Of a stretch of 64,000 nt of DNA, positions 29,051 through 41,552 are shown piece after piece. Both the position numbers and the translations under genes were made by a program. Origin of the DNA: Fimicolochytrium jonesii (Eukaryota); NCBI RefSeq assembly GCF_025526975.1, contig NW_026515683.1:434001-498000 (forward strand). The letters run 5' to 3'. How positions within the stretch are numbered: the stretch's first letter is position 1; the number at the start of each line of letters is the position of its first letter. Under the pieces are notes generated by a model that was given only the letters and a program-made list of their open reading frames with translations, did no database searches and had not been told where the DNA came from.

Positions 29051-30434
29051 ATGACGACAATCGACTACATGCAATGTGCGATGGATACCACCGTACAGGC
29101 GATGGTTCTCGGAAGCCCTGCAGTTCAGGCGGGCATCAAAGATATCTGCACTGAACAAGCCATGCCTGTACTCGACGAGTATGCATCATTGTATGGCAGC
29201 ACATCTATTATGGTTGGCTTTACCTTGCCATTGATTGCACTAGGTAAGGCCTGGTTGCGAAACTAAATCATGAGGCAGTGTCCATAACCATTCGTTCGGG
29301 GCAGGTGTATCGGTGGCCCTTTATCGCATCTTCACGAAGCCTAGCGTTAGAGGCGGGATACTGTTGTTTGCCATGATGCTTACAGGTAAGCGAGCTCTCA
29401 ACAAAACCCGGGTTCTCTCTTTATAGGCCTGACGAATTACTCTGCGTTACTACAGTTGTCGACTCCGGGACGCTGGTGGCTGGAAAGTAAGTGCTCATTA
29501 ATCGCGTGGCAGCTCGTGAAGTGCAGTCCGTAACAATCGTCCTCTCTACCCCTGTACTCTTCGCAGAATCTATACCCCTTCATGGATTGCCTCTCATTCC
29601 GACACCTACATTTCTATGCTGATGATTGGCCCAGCCCTTCGCAATGGGTTTGTGCTCATCGCTGCAAGTATGAGGTATGTTCCCGTCCCCAAGTTCAGAT
29701 TTTCGGCGCTGGAAGAAGCAGGGTCATGTGCAGTGTCGCGAGATTCTCGAGAATTAGGTCACCTGCTGAAAGTGCTTACATTTTCTGTAGATTCTCAGTC
29801 GTCTATACGTCCGTCACACGTCAGAGGATCCTGATCGGCTTCCTCTCGTTCATCGCCTTTCTCTCCATGGCCTTGCCGCTCGGGCTCGGTTTCAAAGATC
29901 TCAGAGGTCAAGGTTGGGTCGGGAAAGCGTACTGGTATGCGATCATGATCGGTCCGATCGCATATATCGTTGCCGGTATCGCCACTTTCACCGCCAAACT
30001 GCGAAGCACCCAGCGCCGAGTGGCAGGCGGTGGCGGAGGGAATAGCCGAATTGGTAGCTTGGAGACCGCGAACAATCTTATTATGGGGTTCGGCATAGCC
30101 GCCTGTCTGGTGACAATCTCCGTGGGCCTCGCGCTGGATAGTAAGTCACCCAATATGTTGCACATTGCGCGCCCTTAGCCAAATCTCACTAGCTACATCC
30201 CTGGTAGTCAACGATAACATGTATGTCGCGCCCACCGCGTTTTTGGCTGGCGCCTGCTGGACGGTGTGCGAGAACTGTTTCGAGGGCATTACCATGATCC
30301 AAAACGCCTTTTCGCAACGCTCGAGACATGTCCCGTCCCACGTAAATTCCTCGTCCAAACAAGTTGCTGGAACCGGAGCCTTGAACTCTCTAAACGCAGC
30401 CAGCAACAGGAAGTTGCCTTTGCCTTCTCCCTGA
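29051..30434 (+). CDS. 7TM membrane protein (GPCR-like), paralog A
   Basis: Spliced translation gives seven hydrophobic segments and is collinear with paralog B at 30771-32151 (YGSTSI.IGFTLPLI.LG, KPS.RGG.LLFAM.LTVVDSGTL.AGK, SLETANN). Confidence 0.7.
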
Positions 30435-30770
30435 GCTGTTCGAAGTTCGGGATCGTTTCCACTGTGGCATACGAATTATGGAAAGGTATATGAGTAGAAA
30501 TGTGGGGACATTCGTAGTGTAGTGGAAATGACCTCTTTTGTCTTCTGATCGATCTAACGATACCCAATAGTTTTTGCAAAAGACATGTTAGGACAGAGCA
30601 AGCACACTGTAATACTACGGCGAAACCTCCCATCTATAATCTGAAAGGACAACACAGTGCTGCATTTCCCTTTACGCTCACTTTCCCTTTCACGAAAGGC
30701 AAACACGCGAGAGCGAATTCCGCACGCGTTTTGATGCTACTCTAACACCGTCTCGTGTCGCTTCGTAGGC

Positions 30771-32151
30771 CTAGGCTGAAGACAACCGCTGCGCGCTCTG
30801 GCTTGCGCGCTCTTCCAATCGTTTTGCTTTTTGAGTCGAAGAAAGTATGTTGGACGCGGACTTGCCCCCACGAACGAAAAACCCCTGCATCATCGTGATC
30901 ATCTCAAATAGATTTTCCCCGACAGTCCAGCTTGCTGATGTGAAGAATGCTATCGGTGTGACGTAAAAGTTTGTATTCACTGCGTGGAAGAGGGACGGAT
31001 GTTAGATGCTTCGTTTGGTAGATGTGTCCATTTTGGCGCCGGTAGAAAGAACAACACAAACGCGGGCTACATACCATCTAAAGCGTAGACAATCCCAACG
31101 GTTATAACACAAGCCGCAAGTGTGAACCCCATGACTATATTGTTCGCAGTCTCCAAACTGGCCATTCTGATGTTGCTTCCTGGAGCGCCGCTTGCTTTGA
31201 CCCTCTGCCGAGTGGTCCGAAGCTTCGTCGTGAAGGTCGCCACGCCAGCCACGATGTATGCAATGGGATCCACAATAACTGCGGCCCAATAGCCTTTTCC
31301 AACATAGCCTTGAGCGTTCACGTCACGAATGCCGATTCCGAGAGATAGAGCCATCGAAATCACGGCTATGCTCGAGAGACCGCCGATGAGTAGCTTTTGG
31401 TGCATATCGTTCGTGTAGACCACCGCATAGCTAAATCCCGAAGAGATTTGTGAAGAGCGGATCGAGAACGTTTGGCATTGAAAAGGAACCTACCGGAGGC
31501 TTGCGGCGGTGACGATCACACTATTACGAATGGCCGGGACAGTTAGAAGCATGAACACATAGCTCCTATAATTGTATGGCTCCATGAGCCACGTCGGGGC
31601 ATGGATTCTACAAGGCAAAGTTGGCGGCCGCGCTCGTATCTATGGTGAGATGCAGAAACCATTTACTACTCACTTTCCTGCAATTAACGTCCCCGAGTCG
31701 ACCACCGTCAGAACCATCGCGAAGAGTAGCAGACCCCCTCGGAGCGAGGGTTTTGTCCACATCCTCCAGATGGAAACGGAAAGCCCTGAGAAATAGATAC
31801 GGGTCAGCCTCTAGTATTGCATTCCCGACTTAGAAGTCCCACCGAGAAATCCCACCTAAGTAAATCAACGGCAGGGTGAAGCCAATTAAGATGCTAGTGC
31901 TGCCGTATGTCGCTTGATGTCGAAAAAAAACGGTCAGTATACTTTGAGAGCAGTTGGGAACCAAGAGAAAACCACTCACTTGACATGTCGTTGACTGTGG
32001 CGGTACATCTATCTGTTGCGGTTTGAACTACCAGTCCGATTTGAGCCATGCACTTCTGCGTGATACCGGCTTGAACTGTGGGATCGCTCAGAACAGCGCC
32101 CTGTACTAACGGGTCTGCAGCGCATGCCTCGACATCGATGCTTCCGCTCAT
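30771..32151 (-). CDS. 7TM membrane protein (GPCR-like), paralog B
   Basis: MSGSIDVEACAADPLVQGAVLSDPTVQAGI..., QGYVGKGYW, AYIVAGVATFTTKLR, ASLETANNIVMGF, FYVTPIAFFTSASWTVGEN; convergent with paralog A. Confidence 0.7.
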
Positions 32152-33167
32152 GGTATATAGTACTTTTCTCTTTCTAGATTTGTAGTAAAGCCCAGACGAA
32201 CGACGACAGGCCGAGAACAAGTGGGAAGGAGGGAGTATTTATGGTGTAGTGAGTATTCCATTGCGCAGTCTCACAAGCTGAGCAATGACTGGGACGGAAA
32301 CGACGTCACTGCAAGGGTCTGGAATCAGGAAAACAATATGCTTGTATGTCAAGATCAATAGGGCAAGAATGGCATGTGAAGCGTCTCCCTCAAATTAGAC
32401 ACCCGATTGACAGTGCCGTCATTTTGGCAAACGATACCAACCGCTCTCCGATGGTACGGAAAGCTTTAATTTCGGAGGTACATACACACTCTATATTTTA
32501 CGCATCGCCTCAGGTTTTGAGAGAAACCCTTTTCACGATAGAGCGTTCGTCAGAATTTCTCGACCCGCAAAGCTAACAAACGCTTCCTCACTTGAAGCGC
32601 CCTCCGTGCAGTGCTGCTACGAAACGCACGCTCATCAGCAACGTCGCTTCAATGATGAATTTCTTGGGTTTTTCTGAGCGGTACGGCTCTCCCGGAATCA
32701 AATCATCCTGAGTAATCAGCGAAGATCCTCCGAGGTTCCAGCCTTCCCTACTTAAAAACTCGGATCATTAGTTTAGCTTCCGTCCGTAGCGGATGGAGGG
32801 ATATCGGGATTCAAATGATTACTCCAAGAAGCAGAAGAGAGAATCTATGAGGGGATCGTCATGAAGCTTCTTACGTTGATGGATTCCGCTCGACGGTTGG
32901 TCTGGCCAGCTAGGGCGCTTGCTGCAACAGTCCATTATACTGCAATCCAAATCCATCCGTGAAACTCGGTTCGGCTCTGACCGAACGCGGTCGGGCGGAG
33001 CGGAGCTTATGTCACCGGCGCACGGCGCAAAAGCTTGGACCTGTTTGCGTTGCCCCAGCTCCCCGGCTCGGCTTTCCCGTCAACTTGTTTGTGGAACGCT
33101 AACCCTCCTCTTGCTTCCGCCTTACTCCATTCTACTTCACGTAACCAATACCCCTCTGCGTGCCCGA

Positions 33168-35102
33168 ATGAAACCACCACCGGAATTTCCTCTACCGCCG
33201 GGCGTTGGCCCACCAGATGAAAATGGGCTGTACTCCATCAACGATATCCCGCTCGAAATGGTGCGCGGAGAGATATATCTTCCATTCCGGCTGACAACGG
33301 AGCAACACATCTTCAACTGGGCGGGACTGATCTTATCCTGTGCGGCTCTGTTCGCCTCGGCGCTTTTCTTCTGGGTTCAGAAACGGGTGGCGTTGACGGC
33401 GGCGAAAGTGTTCGTGCTTTGTATCATCTCGGTCGATTTTCTGGCAGTTTCAGTGGGACTATTTCTGAGGATATGTATGTAGCTTTCTCCGGTCTGGTGA
33501 CAATGCATGGACTTTATGGACTAAATACATCTTTCTCCTCCCCAGTGCCAGCCGCGATCATGGGCTACCATCCTGGCGGATTTGTCACATGCCAAATCCA
33601 ATCGTATTTCAACAGCCTCTGGGGAGGTATGCAGAGAGGAGCAGAGCATCCGAGCTTCGTTATCTCGAATGTTCAACTGAATATGATTGTTTATACGATG
33701 CAGTGCTTGCTCAGATTGCGTTCTTCTCCTATACCGCCGAACGCTACATCTCCATCGTTCTTAGGAAGGAGATCCCTTTGAAAATTGCAAAAAAAATGGC
33801 TTTGGGAATGTGGGTTTTCGCTATCATGTTGGCAGCGGTGAGTTGCATTCCGATGGTAACTTTGTCTGCTCGTGCTGACCAGATGTTCTTTCAGCAACCG
33901 TTTGCATTGCAAGTATGGGGCACACCGAGTTCAGGCGGGGTCTATTGCTTGGCCCCGTGGGCAACCGGAACCTGGAAAGGAGCGATTCTGGCTACGGAAG
34001 CAGCCATGTTCGTGTCGTCAACGGGACTGGGCGCATTTTTCATGTACCTCCGGGTCTACAGGGCGTATCAAGAAGTCTTGAAGGAGGCGCGGAATGCGAT
34101 CAATTCGAAACTGATGTTCACGACGCACCAAACACAACAACAGGAAACGGTGGAGGAACTTCAGGATAGCGGAGACCTACTGGCGCAGCTCAACGAAGAG
34201 GTAAGTAGACCTGCACCTCAGAAATCATCTTCATTCCATATGTTGATTCAGTTTACCAATGTCAGAACAAGTACATGTTGGACAAGTCTACTAATTCAGG
34301 GAAGCAGCTGCAGACGTCAGGCAGCAGCACCGGGGTGCTGAAAACCAGAATGATGTCGCAAACAGTGGTTTTTCCGCAAAGTTCTAACAGTTTGGCGCTC
34401 GACGGGGATCTCAACAATATCGACGTGAAAGGGAAAGAAACGGCGCATGCCAATCCAGAAATATCAAGCTTGCCTCGAATGGAGATCACCAACGGGCTGG
34501 TCTCGTATTTTGTGGGATTCCTGCAAGATGAAGTCATTGCTGAAGGGTCGGGAGTCGAGGATGAAGAGAGTAGCGGTGCACGTTCGGAAGCGACCGACGA
34601 GGAGCGATCGCGCCCAGAGCCTTCTTCGTCACATGAGGCAGGTCGGAACGGCACCGCGCCACGGCGGACGAACGATTTAGGTCCCAGCAGTCCATCGTCA
34701 GCCAAAAAGAAATCTCGTATAGGGAAGGTGATGTTTGCCGTCGAGGGTGGGGAAAGTCGCTTCTCGATGAAACGGCCAGCGAAAAAGCCAGTGGACAAGA
34801 AGAAAAAGTATATGAAGCGACACAACGAAATTGCGCATGCCCTGGCCAGGCAAGCAAGCATCATCGTCATCGTCTACTACATCGGTCTGCTTCCCGAGTT
34901 TGTTGAATTCATCTACAACCTGTGGACGCTGCAGCCACCAGTGGCCTGGGCGGACAGATTCGCCTTCATCACCGCCATGCTGTATACGGTGCTCAATCCG
35001 GTCTTGTTCCTGGCCTTAAATCAACAGTATAAGGCGGCCTTGAAGGATGAGATCGGCGAGTGGAAGGAGAGATGGAAAAATTGGAGGAGGGTCGCTCGCT
35101 AG
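33168..35102 (+). CDS. Rhodopsin-class (class A), opsin-like GPCR with a very long third intracellular loop
   Basis: TM2 Asp (SVDFL), TM3 CQIQ..., AERYISIV (E/DRY), TM4 Trp, ECL2 SSGGVYC..PW, TM6 YYIGLLP, TM7 LNPVLF and helix 8 NQQYK. Confidence 0.85.
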
Positions 35103-35600
35103 GGGTGGAGCCTCGATATCCGTGGGCGGGGCATTCGGAGGAGTAGCGGAGGATGAAAGGGGAATCAAGTTTAGAGGTAGATCTATAGCAAACTTTCAAG
35201 GTCCCATATGGGTTCAGTGTTTCGTTGTCCTAGGTTTTCGTTTTCTGCGTCTGAAGACTGACGAGCGGGCATCGTCTCTGACTAGATTTCGACAGCGCGT
35301 GTCGATACGTCACTTTGGAGGAAGTTGGGCGTGGGCGTTGGAGAGTTGGGCTCCAATCATCCAATGGCTGCCCAACCGGTGTGAGAATGTGCTTTCAATT
35401 TCAACCGAACTCCGCAACTCATCTCATCCTATAAAGACCCTCTGCATACACATCACAGCGCAGATATAGGTAGCGTCTTAGAGATACCGATAGCGTCCTG
35501 CTTTGTCTTTATCAAGAAGCCTCGAAAGGCAGACATAGAGACGAATTTCCATTGCATACACGTTCGTCTTCCCTCATACGTCTTCCACCAGATCATAAGA

Positions 35601-38600
35601 ATGATTGCGCGAACAGTTGGCTTCCGGGCGAGCCGCTCGAGCCTTATGCACGTAACCGTGGGGCCTAGAGCATCTCGAGCTCAGCCTCTAGCTGCTGTCC
35701 GCAGCGCAACAACCAGCTCTGGACCGCTGCCGCCATCGCCGAGGTGGCGAAGCCGAGTTGGAACAGCCGTGTTGGGAGCGGGCCTAGTCGGGACTGCTTG
35801 TGCGCTGCTTTTCACGGCGGTGGTCGCTGCGGAAGAAGCTAAGGAGGAGCCGCACTTTCCGGCTGTCGTCCCATCAAATGACTCCTCGCAGGGGAGGAGC
35901 TACCCAGCCACGGTGATAATTAATGGCAAGGAGCTACCGGTTGCCACCCGTATCGGAGACGACTCTGCAGACTTGGATAAGCCACGTCTGGTGGTGCTGG
36001 GCAGCGGATGGGGATCTACGAGTGTCATCAAGGTGGGGCAGATTCTCAGGATGACGAGCGTTGGAACTCCGACGGCTCACTTTCGATGGCTTCTCGCGCT
36101 TGATCATTTAGGATCTGCAACAAAACGGCTACTATACCGTGGTGATATCACCGACGAACTGTAGGTTACCAATCTTGTGAAATGCGATACCCCCAGCCCA
36201 CATGTCTGATACCCCCAGCCCACATGTCTGTTACATTCCCCTTCAGACTTCCTCTTCACGCCACTCCTGCCAGAGGTACGCTTCGCAGATCCGGTACAAC
36301 ATTGCTGTGGATGAAATGACGACGCGTTATCACCTCTTTAGGCCACCACGGGAACAGCCGAACCCAGAAGTCTGACAGAAAGCATGCGCAGAATCTGTCG
36401 GAAATCGCGCGCTCATTTCTGTGAGGCCGCGGCATACGGTATGTGTCCATGGAATGAAAGGGGAAGCGACAGGCGGGATGATATTGACGTCCAACTGCAG
36501 ACGTTCACTTCGATATCAAGATGATTGAAGTGGTGGGCGGCGATGGAAAGCATTTCCTAGTCCCTTACGACAAGCTCGGTAGGTTTCCCAATGCATGTTC
36601 CAGTATTAGGTCCTTCCGAGGTGCTAATTATCACATTGCCTTCATTGCCTGATTGATCAGTCATCGGGGTAGGGGGTGAGTAGGTCGGAGCTCAGTGGCA
36701 ACCAGCGATTCGTGTATCTGACTTTCGTGCTCGGCAGCCATCAACAACACATTCGGAGTGCCGGGAGTCCGGGAGAATGCACAGTTCTTGAAGAACATCA
36801 ACGACGCGTTGGGGCTTCGTACCAAGCTCTTAACGAATTTTGAGAAGGCGGCATTGCCAACGACTTCCGAAGAGGAGCGAAAAGTACGCTGAGCGCGCTC
36901 AGACGAATTGGTGGACACTTATAAGTTGACATTCCTTGGCTTCTTGCAGAGACTGTTGAGTTTCGTGATAGCGGGCGGAGGCCCCACTGGAGTGGAATAC
37001 GCGGCCGAATTGTACGATTTCCTTCATAATGTAAGCTGAACGGGAACTTCTGGCTCAAGCTCCAATGTTTCTCATCCCCTTACTCCGCTTACTTCAGGAT
37101 CTTTCTGTATATTTCCCCGAGCTGTGCGGTCACACAGCACACGTCACCATCGTCCAAAGCGCCGACCACATTCTGAACACATTCTCGGCCAGTGAGTATT
37201 AGGCTTTGGCTTCCGGCGGCCCATATGTGATCCTCAACTGCGAATTTCGTGTTCTCACAGCCATATCCAAGTACGCCGAGGAACATTTCCGGAAACACAA
37301 CGTCGAAATCATCACGAATGCCCGTGTCACGAAAGTTGATCCTGGCGTTCTGACCTTCCGCGCCAAAAACGCAAAGCCCGGCGAAAAGGACACCTTCGAG
37401 TGAGTGGTTGTATGGCGCTGGTCTTCCCCGTCGGAAGCCTCCGTTGATTCGAGGTTACGAATTTTCCTGGTAGTATTCCTTTCGGAATTTGTGTATGGAG
37501 GTAAATGCTGGTATGCGATGCAGAACTCTGCAGTTTCCCCAGATACTGAAATTTGCCGCATTACCCAGCACCGGCATCGGTCTCAACGACTTCACCAAGC
37601 GCCTCGTAGATAAGCTCACCGCGCAAGATCATAAACGCGCGATAGAGGTAGACTCCAGACTGAGAGTAAAGGGCACAGAAGGCGTATACGCGTGAGTTTT
37701 GGGCATTTGAGTCGTGCAGCGTAATTGGAGCTGAAACTTATGATGAGATCTGTGCAGCCTTGGCGATTGTGCGACGATAGAACACCCGAACATGTTGGCT
37801 CTCATCAAGGGAAGGTATGATGCCTGACTTGGACGGCCACATCAGACTCGGCGGAGTGTCTGACACACAAGTACTCTTCAGTTTCAAGGACTATGGGAAA
37901 GAGGAACTCAACTACGATGAGTTTCAAGCGGTTAGTTTGTTCTCCGACTTTTTGAGACCAATGAACGTGAACGACGGAGTTGCTAAAGGAATGTGTCAAT
38001 ACAGGTGATGCGGAAGGTAGTCGACCGGTTCCCGGAGACGGCCACCCATCTGGTCGAGATGGAACGCCTGTTCAAGAAGTACGACGCGGATAACAATTAC
38101 TCGTTGGATATCAAAGAGCTGGAGGTACGAGACACATCAACGCGGATTCAGGCCATTACCCACCCTTCACGGCCAAGCTTATCTCCAACCACCATATCAC
38201 AGAAACTAGTCGACGAAGTCAAAAGCAAGCTAACATCCCTACCAGCGACAGCGCAAGTAGCCCGCCAACAGGGTGAATACCTCGCCAAGAAGTTTAACCA
38301 GCAGGCGTTCGGGTCAGCCAACTCCACGTCCTCCGGGGCGCTGCAGATGATTGAGGCGGCGAGCAAGCCGTTTTGTTATAGGCACTTTGGGTCGTTTTCT
38401 TATATCGGTGGAGGTGAGGACTCTGATTATCCACTATGCTTGTGGGTATGGATGATAAAGGCTGATTGATGTTATTCCGGATGGAAATAGACTCAGCGGT
38501 CGTCGACCTAGCCAGCGGCCAATCCGTGAACGGGTTCGGCGCCTTCTTGCTCTGGCGCGGCGCGTACCTCGCGAAACAGGTCTCGTTCCGCACCCGCTTC

Positions 38601-39026
38601 CTTCTGGCTGTGTACGTGCAAACGGTCGCCCCTTCTCCTCACAGAGACGTTGGCTTTCCGTATCGACTTGCCATTACGTTTTGCTATCATATACTCACTC
38701 ATCTGCTTCTTCCGTCGTTTCACAGGGATTGGTGCAAAAGGTAGAGAAACGGAAGAAGGGAACCCCTCACTTTATACGCATTTCTCACCTTCGCAACGGA
38801 GGATGCCGGATCGTTCACATTCCTATGTACTAACACCGCTCTCCATAACTTGTCTCTTCACAGCATCGTGTTCGGAAGGTACCCTCAACTCACCCACGAC
38901 TTCTCATTAACTTGCAATGGCGACACTCACACCTTCTCTTCGAATCATAGGGACATCACGAACCTAAGCGTCACCCAAACCACAACCCACGACGCGTCCG
39001 GGATCACCGTCCCGCGGCCCCTCTAG
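35601..39026 (+). CDS. Type II (external) mitochondrial NAD(P)H dehydrogenase with EF-hand; many small exons
   Basis: [52 protein letters not shown]-hand [53 protein letters not shown]. Confidence 0.92.
36186..36229. repeat. Perfect 22-bp tandem duplication in an NDH-2 intron
   Basis: GATACCCCCAGCCCACATGTCT occurs twice in tandem. Confidence 0.9.
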
Positions 39027-39359
39027 TGCTCTAATTTCGAGTCACAGGCCAGTTTCCCGCTCACCTCATGCATATCAACATAGCAATTTCATATCCACAG
39101 ATGTAGTAGCCCGCAATGTAACCTATAGCTCGCTAGTGTATTGATAATGCACCCCCATCAATAACGACCACGACTTCATTTTATGTACAGTTAGAACAGA
39201 AGCAGGATATATCATCTGATCACAGGGGGATATGGTGTGTAAGTGGCGATGTTTGGACAAAATGGACTCCAAGCGAAGACAGAGGGGGGCAGGGGTGATT
39301 GGCGAAAATGTCCCAAAAACGACAAAACAAACAATGCAATACAAAAGGAGGGGTGACGG

Positions 39360-39386
39360 CCCCCCCCCCCCCCCCCCCCCCCCCCC
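39360..39386. repeat. C27 homopolymer (G27 on the PHO85 strand, downstream of its stop)
   Basis: Direct reading; similar G runs at 54002-54018 and 58817-58832. Confidence 0.9.
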
Positions 39387-39645
39387 TACGATCGAAGGGA
39401 ATGACAAGGGGAGGGCAGGATCTTTATACATGATGTGCGGAGGTGGATGGCGGTCTCTGAAAGCGGGGGTTCGGCGACATCGAAAGGATGCGTCGTTTTG
39501 AGGAGCCCCGCGTCAGTCGGGTGTTGTTGTCGGAGCGATAAAGCCACACGAGGAGGACTCTCCATAAAATGCCGTCCTCCCGTCACAACGGCGGCTAAGC
39601 GTTGCTCCATCCAATTTGAGTCCACAAGCACGGACGCATGGACAA

Positions 39646-41047
39646 TCACCCCATGTACCCCCCACTCATGCCCACCCCTCCCATGCCCATTCCCGCCAAC
39701 TGCGAATCAGTGTACGCCAACATCTGCCCATTCGGCGCCATCTGCACCGGCACCGCTCCCATCGGCACCGCCTGCATCTGCATCGCCCCCATCGGCATCA
39801 TCTGCATCTGCATCTGCGGCGCCATCGCGTGGATATACCCCGCGTTGATCATCGCCTGCTGGTGGTGCTGCTGCTGCTGCTGGAGGGTCGGCGGGGTCGT
39901 GAGGGGCGTCGGCATCATGAACTGCTGCTGCTGCAATTGCTGTTGGTGGATTTGGAGGTGGATATCGTTGAAGTACGGGTGTAAGAGGGCGTCTTTTGCG
40001 GATATCCGCGTGGAGGGGTCGTAGCGCAGCATAGAGCCCAGGAGCTCGAGGCCCAGGTAGTCGAGCTGGGGGATACGTTCGGAGAGATGTTGGCCGGGGT
40101 AGAGCGGCCAGTTGGTTTTGTATTCCTGCAGCTCGGAGACGCCGGTCCAGGTGTCTTCGTTGGGCGTGCCGAGGAGCTTGAAGATCTTGAAGAGCTGGTC
40201 TTCGTTGGTTTTGCCGGGGAAGAGGGGCTTGCCGGAGTACATTTCGGCCATGATGCAGCCGGCGGACCAGATGTCGATTGAGGTGGAGTAGTTGCGCGAG
40301 CCCAGGAGGACGTCAGGGGCGCGGTACCATAGTGTCACGACTTCGTTGGAGAATGTGTTGACGGGGATCCCGAATGCTCGTGCAAGTCCGAAATCTCCCA
40401 ACTTCAAGTCTTTATTCTGGTTTATCAGCTGCATAAAAAAGAAATATGAGAAGCGTTAGTATGATTGTAAGTGATGGATGAATGAGCGAAGCGAAGCGAT
40501 GGTTGAGCGATCGCCTTTCTCGCAAAAGACGCATCTCGCTAAGTACCGCGGTGAGGGGAGTATTGCGCCTCCGGAGCAATGTGGCTCGCTCCGCCCGCCC
40601 TTTGCTGCGCTCACGGGTACTCACCAAATTCTGAGGCTTCAAATCTCTATGAAGCACCCTATTATCATGACAAAAAGCAATCCCCTGAATCAACTGATAC
40701 ATGAACCATTTCGCCGTTCTCGGGTCCACCTGTCCATGGGTCGGAAGTCCATCCATATACTTCTTCAAATCCTGATCCATATACTCAAACACCAGCGTGA
40801 GTGTCTTTTCCGTATGGACAACATCATGCAATCGAACAATATTCTTGTGCCTGAGTTCCTTCATGAGTGATATTTCACGGATGGCGGTTGAGGGCGCACC
40901 CTCCTCGTTGTCAAGGTGTATTTCTTTGAGGGCGACTGTAGCGCCGTCGATGCGCGATTTGCCTCTGTACACGGTTGCGTAGGTGCCTTCGCCGAGCTTT
41001 TCGAGACGTATGTAGCGGTCAGGGTTGCGGGATTGGTCGTGGGCCAT
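39646..41047 (-). CDS. PHO85: Cyclin-dependent kinase Pho85/CDK5-like; intron 40429-40624
   Basis: [78 protein letters not shown]-rich tail. Confidence 0.96.
40483..40613 (-). repeat. Intronic hairpin repeat family, copy 2 (PHO85 intron), with imperfect terminal inverted repeats
   Basis: Minus-strand GGGCGGAGCGAGCCACATTGCTCCGGAGGCGCAA resembles GGGCGAAGCGAGCCAAATTGCGCCGTAGGCGCAA at 59359. Confidence 0.75.
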
Positions 41048-41552
41048 TTTCGAAGGGGTTGTTGGGTGGGGAAGTGCGTGGGGAAGGTGGCGATGGGCGG
41101 TTTTGAAGGGATTGGGCGTGGCGGCCGTTGTGCGAGATGCCGAGTTAGTTTGATAGGGTTGACGGTCAGAGGCGCTCTCTTGGTGTTATCGCTGGAGGAG
41201 GTTGTACGGTATGTGGTTTCGTGGGAATTGAGCTAAGTCTTCCGAGGCAGTTCTATGCAGTCCGAGGCTGAACGGCGGGATTCCGAGCGAGTTCGAGGTC
41301 CGAGGTTGACTTTGCTGTGCCTTCCTTCCACGAGTTCGTTCGGAGTCCAACAGTTTTACACTCACTGAGAGCGGCTGGGTTTCTTCCTTTCTTGACGAGG
41401 GCTCAGCAGGTTCGTGGGTAGCTTGAAAGTATATCTCCAGTCAGTGGGGATGCGGCGATGGTGGGTGGGGGCGGATGTTTGACGGGTTGTTTTGCGAAGT
41501 TGTTTCCTGTGAATTCGTCAGTTGGGGAAAGCGTGGGAACAACCGAGTGGAA

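Noticed and set aside
39616..40024. His-rich and Cys-rich plus-strand ORFs resembling metallothionein
   Set aside because: Antisense reading of the PHO85 CAG/ATG-rich tail
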